64,000 nt of DNA from Geosiphon pyriformis uo1 (taxonomy: Eukaryota; Fungi; Glomeromycota). Shown here piece by piece: positions 40,977 through 52,300 of the stretch (its first letter is position 1; the number at the start of each line of letters is the position of its first letter). The stretch is taken from assembly GCA_016748015.1 (NCBI GenBank), contig JAAOMT010000029.1, positions 481,140 through 545,139 on the forward strand, in the 5' to 3' direction. Both the position numbers and the translations under genes were made by a program. The notes under the pieces are model-generated. The model did not search any database, was not told the DNA's origin, and saw only the letters and a program-made list of their open reading frames with translations.

Positions 40977-40995
40977 TTTGGTGCTCTCTGTGAGG
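40977..40995 (+). promoter_or_regulatory. Primer-binding site TTTGGTGCTCTCTGTGAGG (also 23076, 32597 and 53431 minus)
   Basis: Immediately follows the 5' LTR. TGG is complementary to tRNA CCA. Confidence 0.85.
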
Positions 40996-41038
40996 TATAA
41001 TCCTACAGAGAACCAGCACTGACAACACCAAACCAAAA

Positions 41039-44000
41039 GTGGCAGAATCAGAAACTATAAGAGCAAACCATTTAGGATTTGCAAAATTCTTATTTCAACA
41101 CTATTGTCAATACTTGGGATTAAACCACAATCATATATCCGCCGAATCAGCCTTCAATTTCTACGTCAATGAAAAGATTTCTTCTTTATTAGGAACACCA
41201 GTGAATACTGAATCAGCAAAGAAAACTTTCTATAGGGAATTAATTCAAAATACCAACCTGCCAACAAATCATAATTTTGTATCCATCATCACTGAGATCA
41301 ACAAAGAAATTGAACATCACACTCAACAAAGATATCCAATTACATACGCTAATAAAGGCAAGAGAAAATTACAAACACCAGCAGTAACACCCAGAAAAAT
41401 ACAGCCACCTGCTTGGAAGAAAAACAGAGTTGAATCTCCAAGCAACCCATCCTACCACTATACACCTGGAAGTGCCATCAACATATCATCAACAGACACA
41501 TTCACATCAACTGCGACATCAGCATTTGGACGATTTCCATTCCAAAGTAGACAAAGGAAAACAGAATTGTTAGGACCATACGGCGAGTACTTTGAGGGAT
41601 TTAATTTGCGATCATCCACCTCATCAGGACTTTGATCACTACCGCCTCCACCAGATTTTGGAATCTCTGATCCGTGGGAAGCAGCGGAATCAGAAAAGAA
41701 GAAAGAAAAATCAGAAGATCAAGAATTCACTTACCAGCACCCGATTACTGAAAACCCAGAAGTTGAAACCCCGAATCTTCAAACTTAGCAACAGTTGGAA
41801 AATCTGGAAATCGAAACTCCGAATATTCGAACACTGCCAAATCAAAGAAATCAAGGACCTGAATTAATTAATCAGCAAAACTTACCTCCAGTAATCATCA
41901 TCAATCAACCGCCAATTAATCCCATAGCCGAACTCATACAGCAGCCACTTCAGCTACCACCCCAACAGCCAGGACAACAACAACTGCTTCAACAGCCACC
42001 ACAACCACCAAACTTAGATCCAATGGTCTACGCACCAATTGCAAAACTCGACAACTTTACTGGCGAAGAGAATGATGCTCAAATATGGCTGAATGATGTA
42101 GAAAAAGCCATTGCAGCCAATGAATAGAATGACGCTTAAGCAATGCAAGCCATTCCCTACTTTCTTAAAGATACTGCTGATTCATGGTACCAGAGCTTGA
42201 TTAATAAACCACAAGATTTCAATGCCTTGAAAGTGGAATTTCTAAGATATTTCAGCAACAATAACAGCATCAATCGCCTAGTTAATGCATTCACCACCAT
42301 AAAACAAGAAGAAACTGAAGCAGTTACCACCTACCTGAAATGCTTCCATCGAAACCTACGCCAAATTCAAGCAATTGACGTCAATTATTTTACAGCACCA
42401 CAGATACTCAATCAGTTTATCTGTGGCTTGCGCAGCAGCATCTTACAACATGTACGTCTATTGCATCCTGGCATGCTTCAAGACGCAGTCACACGCACCA
42501 GAGATTTTGAATCTGCCGAGTCAGAGGCTAACCATGCCCAAACCATTAATCTAGTAATGAACGGATCATCTGAATTGGATTCCAAATTGGAAAAGTTCAG
42601 TGAATCAATTAATAAAAAATTGGAAGGATACTTAGCTGACAATCATGCTATTTATCAGCCTTCACAATGACACAATAATCAAGGAAACTCTAATTGTGGC
42701 CAAAATCAACCATGCCCATCTTCATTAACCAATCAACAGTGGCAACAAAAAACGCGTATCTACCACTATTGTGGTAAACAAGGACATATCCAAATTGACT
42801 GTCGCCAGTGTCTAAATAACCAATGATTGAGAAATCAATATCGAAACTCTGATTGCCAGGTCCAAACTCCGAATCATTATCCAAATCAAAATCAAGACCA
42901 ATATCAAAATAATTACCTGCTCATAATGCAGCAACCAATCTATCACCCGTCAGTATATTAATCTCCGATTCATTAGCCACAGCCACAAGTAATATATCAA
43001 CCACAGCCACAAATTATCTATTAACCCCAACCAATTCAAACACCAACCCAGAAACCAGCTCAAATAACATCAGGCAACCCTCGATCCAAAGTCACTCAAA
43101 ACTGGAGATTGGTGATAGTTGTTCACCAACCAATCCCCAGTTCACTAAACTCACCATCAGGATCATGCACCTGGAATTTGGATACCAGTCGTGTCCAAAA
43201 CCCAAATTCTCAACATTATTTAAGTCTTCTAGTTACCCCAGAAAACACCACATCCAACAACACAGAATCCAATCAGCACATACCTACCAACACCATTCTA
43301 CTGGCAATCATCTCTAGCGACAAATCCCTAGCAGCCATTTTTCTTTTCGAACTCGAAGAAAACACAACAATACCATTATTCAGTGAACTCGTCCTTGAAG
43401 AGAAACCCATAACAGCAATGTACACGGATGCCAGAGTTGATGGTCACCCCATTAAACTCATCCTAGATAGTGGATCAGCTGGCAGCATAATCACTAGACA
43501 ACTCATGGATCAATTAGGTCGCCGAGTTGATCAAGCTGCCAGTGCCAAAATTATCACAGCTGATGGAGTGACCAAAACTCCAATCGGCGAAATCAATGAT
43601 TTCCCTTTTGAAGTCAATGGCATCATAACTTCCATTAAAGTTCTAGTAATGGAAGCCACTCAATACCAAGCTCTCGTTGGTAATGACTGGCTATCCAAAG
43701 CCAATGCAACGTTAGACTGGAACACCCAGGAACTCCAGCTAACATATCAGGACCAACACATACGTGTCCTGGCCACATGTGGCCACTTCAAAACTCCTCC
43801 AAGAGAGAAACTATTGATCAAGCTAGAGGAGGAGAAAAAAAAGCCTACCTGGGAAGCCTACCAAGTATCATGGGCTGACAAAGAGCACAACAAGCTGCCA
43901 CCAATACTCTCCTGGGACAACAACAACAAGGAAAAAGGGAAACAAAAAGAAGAACTTACCTGGAAAACTGATGACCTGACATAGACCGACAATGACGAGA

Positions 44001-47000
44001 GCGAACCAACTTCAAGTTGGGAATGGGAAGAAGACAAAGAAAATAAAGGGAAGGGAAAAGAAAAAGAGACCACTTAAACCACCACCACTTATAACACCTA
44101 CACTACACTATAATGATCTACCTATCATCAACCCAAGCTTATATGCGTCGATTGTGGCAAGAAATTGTTATCAATGGGCGCATGTTGTGGGGACAATAAG
44201 GAATATTCAATGGCAACTAGGTTTTATTGCCGCCCATGCATCCTTGAATGCTTTGGAAGACCAAAACGAGTAGGAAAATAGAACAATCAGCCATGCTTAG
44301 CTTGTGGAGAGACTCTCTTGGACGAAGGAATATGGCATGACATTCCTGGATGTGGAGGAACGTGTAACATATCATGTTAATACACGATTCTAATAAGTGA
44401 CTGGATAAGGAAAGGAACCCCAATAGAAGCAGCCTGGAGAAGAGCCGTACAGCGACTGGACAGTTGCCCACATGACAACGACAAAATTTGGCAAATGGCA
44501 CTTGCAAAAATTGAAGAGGCAATGTCAGAAGAGATAAAAACAATCAAAGACAACCCCCCAGAATTTTTAGAGCTTAACTGGGACACAGAACTCATCATAA
44601 ACTTCCTGGATCCGGAACAATTCCATAAACACTATCAAGAATTAGCACTCACAAGAGAAGAACAAGAACAATGGTTAGAGCAGTTGAATGCTCGACTATG
44701 TCAACACTGCCTAATTCTCTGTGACTTCCAGTATTGCGATGAGTGTGATCTCATTTACAATCTACCACCACGCATGATCTACACAATCCCAAAAGAGGAA
44801 GAACCAATCAGCAGCTGCACATCAGAATCAGAATCGCTGATCAATCGCGATCCAAACTCCGATGATGATGACAAAAACACTGGTTCCAGCTCCATTCAAA
44901 ATGGCAATGACAATGACAATGATTCCAACTCAGATACAAACTCCAATTTAAACTATGAACAATATATTGCACTACCAGATCTCTCCAAAGAACAAGAGTT
45001 AAAATGGTATAGTAACAATGAGGAAGGTATTATGCCAAAATGTGTGCATAATACTGATGTAGGGTTTGATCTGAGATATCCAGGAAAAGATGCCATCAAA
45101 TTGGAACCACATTCATGCACCTGCATCAATCTGAAAATAGCACTAAAAATTCCGGCAACAACCATAGTTCAATTAGCATCTAGGAGTAGTTTAACAAAAA
45201 GAGGGATCAATATAAAAGGAGGAATAATTGATGCGGAATATGTAGAAAATATCATCGCCATACTACAAAATGACTCAAAAAAGACCTATGTAATAGAGCC
45301 CAATGAAAAGATAGCACAGGCAATATTTCTGCCTCTGGTTAGAATAGCTCAGTTAGTGTCAGTGAGAAAGAGGGAGGAATTAGGAATAACAGCAAGAGGA
45401 ATACAGAGATTCAGATCTACAGGTAGAATAAATGTATCAGTTAACATGGCAGAGGAAGAGATTGTTGGCCAAGGAGAAATTATCTCAATGGGTCAAGCTA
45501 TTTCCATTCTACCATATAGCCAGTACATGTTAACAATAGAAAGGAAGGAAAAGAAGCAAGAACAGATGTTTGAAGCAGAAGCAACCCTTTGTGAATCAGG
45601 AGAGATTGGGTTGATTAATCTCCACATACCAGCCAAAAGCTATAGCAGCATAAAAATTCCCATCTACAACAATACTGACAATATCATCAGCATACCAGAA
45701 GGAATCACCATCAGATATTTAACCACAGAAATAGAGGACCAACCACCAAACCCCATTCCAGACTTTCCATAGCTTTGTGGATATGTTGACATCACATCAC
45801 AAACAATCTATAGACAAGACAAATGTTATTTGCTCCAACCAGAACAATTGGAACAAATAAACATGGGAAATTTAGATCCACTCCAATGTATGCAGCTCAA
45901 GATGTTACTCAACAATTTCAACAACATCTTTGCCAACAAAAATGAGTTTGGCTGAACTGACATCATCTAGCATCAGATCAAAACTGGAGATGCAATGCCA
46001 ATTAAACAAAGAGCATACAGAGTGCCGCCAGCCAGTCATGAGATTATTCGTCAAGAGATAAACAGAATACTTGACAACAGGGTAATTTAACTATCAATGA
46101 GTCTATGGTCGTCACCAGTGGTACTTATCCATAAGAAAAATAGAAAAATCCAGTTTTGTGTAGACTACAGGAAACTCAATGGTGTAACTCATGGAGACAG
46201 TTATCCAACTCCACAAATACAGGAATTATTCGATGCTTTTGGTGGAAACAAATGGTTCTTCACATTAGATTTAGACAGTGGTTACTGGCAAGTAGCCATA
46301 AATCCAGCTGACAAAGAGAAGATGGCATTTACTACTAGAGAAGGGAATTTCAAATTTGAAGTAATGCCATTCAGCTTAACCAATGTCCCAGTGACTTTCC
46401 AACGGCTAATGGAAATTGTTTATATGGGCTTATTGTGGAAATCAGTAGTTGTATACTTGGATGACACCAATGTATTCTCAAAGACATTTAATAATTATCT
46501 TCATCATCTTCAACAAGTGTTCAAAAGACTAAGAAGAGCAGAACTGAACTAAATGTGACAAAATGCTTCTTTGGCAAGACGGAACTCAAATTCTTGGAAC
46601 ACATAGTCAGCAAAGACAGCATCAAAATGGATCCAGAGAAAATAGAAATAGTAAAGAACTTTTCTAAGATAGCGCAGCCACTCAATCAACTACAAAACAA
46701 AAATGCAAAATATGAATGGACAGAAAGTCAACAAGAAGCTTTTGATATTCTGAGGAAAAAGCTCATCCAAGCTCTAGTGCTGATTTATCCAAATTACAGC
46801 AAACCATTCATCATCACCACTGATGCATCCGGCCAAGCATTGGGAGAAGTATTATCTCAGAAAGGACCAGACAGCAGAGAACATTCAGTAGCATATGCCA
46901 GCAGAGGTTTAACACCAGCCGAAAAGAACTATGGAACACCGGAACAAGAACACTTAGCAATATACTGGGCCGTCATGAAATGGAAAAAATACTTGAGCCA

Positions 47001-47178
47001 GAAGTTTGAAGTATACACAAATCACAAGGGATTGACATCACTCCAAAAACAAGAATTTGGAGATGGAAGACAGTCAAGATGGAAAATGGTACTCATACCA
47101 TACAATTATACTATACATTACAAAAAAGGAAAAGACAACGGAAATGCTGATGGTTTATCACAAATAAGACAAATCTAA
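41039..47178 (+). pseudogene. Element D gag-PR-Cys-rich-dUTPase-RT-RH polyprotein (originally one frame)
   Basis: ORF pieces at 41039, 41795, 42143, 43109, 44495 and 46097 share one frame. There is a 1-nt frameshift at ~46550 and a 78-nt deletion at ~46660. YLDD is intact. Confidence 0.9.
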
Positions 47179-47241
47179 GAACATTTCAACCCAAAAATAT
47201 AATAAAACCAGAACAATACCAATGGAAAAATACAACAAAAA

Positions 47242-48624
47242 ATGAACACACAAAAATACCAACAATTACAACATTATCTAAATACTGAACAGTTCAAGAA
47301 GAATTTATCTCATACAGAACGAAGGAGTATCAAACAACAATCAAAATATTTTATCACTCACCAAAATATACTTTATCAGAAAAATAGAAGAGAACCAGAT
47401 CAACCAACCAGAGTAATTACAGAGCCAGAAAAAGAGACAATATTATTCAACATGCACTCAAATCCAACAGCAAGACATTTTCACAAAGAAGCAACCATGG
47501 AAAGAACTAAAAAGAGATACTATTGGCCATCAATGTACCCAGACATCATTCAATATGTTCAAAATTGTGATGCTTGTCAGTGAAGAGAAGAAACAAGACC
47601 CAGTGAACGATTAAGACCAATCAAAGTGGGACAACTATTTGACTGTATGGGAATTGATTTAGTCGGATTATTAACAATCACCAGCAGAGGAAACAGATAC
47701 ATAGCAGTAGCTATGGACTATCTCACTAAATGGCCAGAGGCAAAAGCAATTCAAAGAGCGGATGCAGAATCCATTGCCAAATTCGTTCATCAAGAGTTGA
47801 TTTGTTAACATGGATGTCTAAAAGAATTATTATCAGACCAAGAAACTCATTTTGTGAACAGAACATTAACTGAATTGAGCCAAAGATTCGGAATCAAAAG
47901 ACCATTATCATCACCATACCATCCATAAACCAATGGATTAGTAGAAAGATTCAACAGAACATTGTGTGAAGCAATAGTCAAGCTCAGCCAAGAAAACCAG
48001 AATGATTGGAATTTGTTCATACCATCAGTACTATTTGCTTATCGAACAATGAAACAAGATACTACACAAGCAACACCATTTGAATTAGTATATGGAAGAA
48101 TAGCAACATTACCAGTAGAGAGAAAAATTAATACATATCCAGCTGAACCAATAACAGAGGAAAATTTTCAAGAAACATTGCTAAGAAGAACATATGACTT
48201 AATGGAAACATTAGAAAACAAATGAAGAAGAGCAGCTGATAATATCCAAAAGTCACAAGAAACACAGAAAGAAAGACACGATAGTCAACTACCAGATAAA
48301 CCAGTTGAATTCAAGATTGGAGACAAAGTATTACTACATTGTACCAAAGCAGAAAAACAATGGAGTGGAAAATTTGACCCCAAATGGGACAGACCATTTC
48401 ACATAGAAAAAATTCTAGGAAATGGAGCTTACAAATTAAGATTGGATAACAAAATTTTAACCAAAGCAGCACATGGAAATTGACTGAAACCATATCACAA
48501 CATCACACTACCATCGACCAGTAATATTCTACAATTAAGAGTACAGAGAATACTAGTCCAACCAGATGAGATTCCACGAGATCTGGAACCAATTATTATT
48601 ATCGACAACAACATGTTAAATTGA
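47242..48624 (+). pseudogene. Element D integrase
   Basis: MNTQKYQQL..., HHCC, GIDLVG, SDQ, VERFNRTL, KWD.PF. Disrupted by point stops. Confidence 0.9.
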
Positions 48625-48649
48625 TCCACCAAAAAGAATATATAAAGAC

Positions 48650-49314
48650 ATGGTAGACGCGACAGGAAATATCAAAAAAAAAAAATGGAAATTACAGACA
48701 ACATTCACTCACTAGCACAACAACTCTTTCAATTAATCCAACACCAGAAAATGGAGATTACAATCAATCAACAAACCATTCGATATCAAGATACTAGAAA
48801 AACATTTCAACTCAGAACACAGAAGAAAACTGAAAATACTGTGGACAAAATTATGGCAAAAGTAAAATTAGCAATAAAAAAATCAACAAAAGAGTCACTA
48901 TATCAAGAATTGACTAAAGAAACTTGGAATTGGTGGATACAACAATTCCCACAAAACTATTGTTATTTTTATTTGGAACAACACGTAAATATTCAGAATC
49001 TATATACAGATAAAACAAAGCAATTATTCGACAAAAGAATACTACAACAATTAGAACATTTTGTGAGAAAGAACAACTTATCTACACAAGCCCGAGCCAT
49101 ATACCAAATACACACAGCATTTCAAGATAAACCAGAAATATTACTCAACAGAGCAATGGATATGGTTACCAGTAATCAATTGGGGAAAATCACCAATGCT
49201 TAATTTGAAGAATTACAGACCCAAATAACACAAGTAATTCTTAAAAACAAAATTCAGAAAATACTTCAAGAAGGGGAATTACATGAGTTAGATTTTGACA
49301 GAACTCAATATTAA
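48650..49314 (+). pseudogene. Element D ORF3 (orphan; poly-A slippage near the start)
   Basis: ORF 48685..49203 plus an in-frame continuation after one TAA that reads CAA in A and C. Confidence 0.75.
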
Positions 49315-52300
49315 AAAGGAGGGAATAATGTTACTCATAAAAATATAGGAAATATATTAGCATAATTATTAGCCAATCAAAAGTAAGCATAGTAAATGTG
49401 GAATTCCAGGATTCCTCTCAAAAATTGCAGGATTCCAGAAATTTCAGGATTCCTGATGAGGAATTGCAGGATTCCAAAATTCCAGGATTCCTCTCAAAGG
49501 AATCACAGGATTCTAGGAATTCCAGGATTCTTGTCATGAAGAATCGAGGAATTGAGGAATCCCAATTATGTATATATAGCAGTAGTGTTAGAAACAGAAA
49601 AGACAAAATTGATACCACAGAATCCTTAGTCTAAAAACACAATCATCAAATAAATAATTATTCTATATCTCAACCCATTCTTCACTATCAACACTTCATG
49701 TTGATAGTAATTGATACTTAACCACACTGGAACAATAGCTCTTGATCACGGCTATTGACGGGATACTAATCTGCAAATTGCCTTGGCTTATTTTTTTTCT
49801 TTCTTTATTTTCTTTTATTTCTTTTTCTTTATTTTTTGTTTAGTTGTTGTTGTATACTAATTGATTAAAGATTAAAGTGCTAAGTTATTGATGTCAAAGA
49901 TAGCCTGGTAAAAGACCCAGAAATAAGAATAGAATTTTATATATTATCGAATAGCTTACCAGAAGGGCACAATTGCCAGACTAAATCCAGCCACCATGCT
50001 GAGAAAGAAATTGGAAAAACTCTTGGAAAGACACATCTACTATCGACACTATTGAATCTCTGTTCATTATACAAAAGACTCAACCCAAACCTTCAGATCC
50101 ATCAAAACTTTCAGATACAACACCTTCAGATCACGATCAACTGCTATTAGCTTCGAGCACCAAGTTATGGATTTGTTATTTAATTCAACAGCAAAAAAAA
50201 TCACCTGTAACAGTGCCTATTGACAACAGTTTTTTGCCACAATTGACGCATATAAGCTTTGGTCAATAATAGTTGGTTGGTTGTGGTGGTGGATGAGTAT
50301 AAGTGGTGTAGATGTCTGTGGATGTTGATTCTTCTTCTTTTGTCTTTCCCTTCCCTTTCTCATTTTTATTCTCTTCCCACTTCCAATTTATCATTTCTTC
50401 TTGATCTTTGTTGGTTTTCTAGTTGTTGTTGATGTTTCAAGTAAGTTGGTTTCCTTTTGTTTCCCTTTTTTTTGGTTGTCTTACGATAGTATTGGTGGCA
50501 GTTTGTTGTGATCTTTATTGGCCCACGAGACTTGATAGGCTTTTCAAGTAGGTTTTTCTTTTTCCTCTTCGAACTCAATTAGGGGTGTTGTTGGGTTGGT
50601 TATTTTGAAGTGGCCACACATGGCTGGTACCCACATGTGTCGACTGTTCTGACTAAGGGCCAGTTCTTGAGTCATCCAATCAAGTACAGCATTGGTTTTG
50701 GACAACCAGTCGTTGTTAACAAGTGCCTGATATTGTGTTGCTTCCATCACAAGAACTTTGATGGACATAATGATGCCATTGATTTCAATTGGTAAATTAT
50801 CAATTTCGCTGATTGGAGTTTTGGTTGCTCTATCAGCTGTGATGATGCATGTGCTGACAGCTCGATCAACTCAACAACCTAATTGGTCCATAAGTTGTTT
50901 TGTGATGATGCTGCCAGCTAATTCACTATCTAATATCAGTTTGATGAACTGACCATCAACTTTGGCATCCATGTACATAGCAGTAATGGGTTTTTCTTTG
51001 AGGATGGCTCCACTAAATAGAGAGGTTACTGATGGTTCTTTAAGTTCAAATGGGAAGATCGCAGCTAATGATTCATCGTAGGAGATAGTTGTGGGTGGAA
51101 TGTTGTTGGTAAGTGTCCTTTGGTTGGTTTTCTGTGTCCTGGGTGCAGCATCTTCTGGGCTGACCAGAAGACTTAAATAGTTCTAGGAACTCAGGTTTTG
51201 GTTATACCTGGTTCCTGAACTCCACTGGCGTGATCCTGATGGTTGATTTAATAAACTGAAAATTGGTTGGTAAACCACTATCACCAATCTTCAGTTTTGG
51301 GTTACTTTAGATCTGAGGTTTCCTGATGTTATTTAAGCTGGGTTGGATGGTGGTATTTGAACTGTGGGTGCCTGATAAATTATTTGTGGCTGCGGTGGTT
51401 GATACATTACTGGTGGCTATAGTTGATAGACTAGAAGTTGATATATGAGTGGTTGATATATTGACTGTTGTGTTATTAGCAAGTAAGTCAGTTGATATGG
51501 TGCTGGGTTGGATTGGTAATTCAGAATTAGGAACTGGTGATCAGAGTTTCAATATTGATTTCCTAATCATTGGTTATCTATTCTTAACCTACAGTCAACT
51601 CTTAAATGCTCTTGTTTACTACAGTAGTGGCAAACACGCATCTCTTACTGCCACTGTTGATTGGTCGAGGATGATGGGTGCAACTGATTCTGGAAACAAT
51701 TTGCGTTTTTTTGATTATTGCATTGTTGTGGAGGTTAATAGATTGTCTGATTGTTAGCTAAGTATTTCTCTAATTTTTGGTTAATGAACTCACTGAATTG
51801 TTTCAACTTAGAATCCAATTCAGATGATCTATTCATCACTAAATTGACAGCTTGGGTGTGGTTAGCTTTGAGTTTAGCTGCTTCAAAATCTCTGGCATTG
51901 GTAACTGCAGCTTGAAGGTTTGCTGAATGCATTAGACATACATGTTAGAAGATGCTACTGCACAGATCTCTAATAAATTGGTTTAGTGGTGCTGTAAAAT
52001 AGTCAGCCTGGATTGCTTGAATTTGGCACAGGTTCCTGTGGAAGCATTCTAAGTAAGTAATGACTGCTTCATTTTCTCCTTGTTTGATAATGGTGAAAGT
52101 GTTTGTTAGTCAATTAATACTATTATTATTGCTAAAGTATTGTAGAAATGCAAGCTTGAATGCATTAAAATCCTGGGGTTTGTTAGCTAAGCTTTGATAC
52201 CATGAGTTGGCAGTATTCTAAAGAAAATAGGGAATGGCCTGCATGGCTTTGGCATCATTCTATCCATTGGCTGTGATGACTTTTTCTATATTGTTTAGCC

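Larger units (their letters stand above)
40093..50212 (+). mobile_element. Ty3/gypsy element D, full length (LTRs 40093-40976 and 49329-50212, both 884 bp), inserted in C
   Basis: LTR pair, PBS at 40977, PPT AAAAAGGAGGGAATAA, TSD GCGC/GTGC, complete internal domain order. Confidence 0.95.

Noticed and set aside
48300-48624. Chromodomain at the integrase C-terminus (chromovirus)
   Set aside because: After the GPF module only ~45 aa follow, with no chromodomain aromatic-cage motif.
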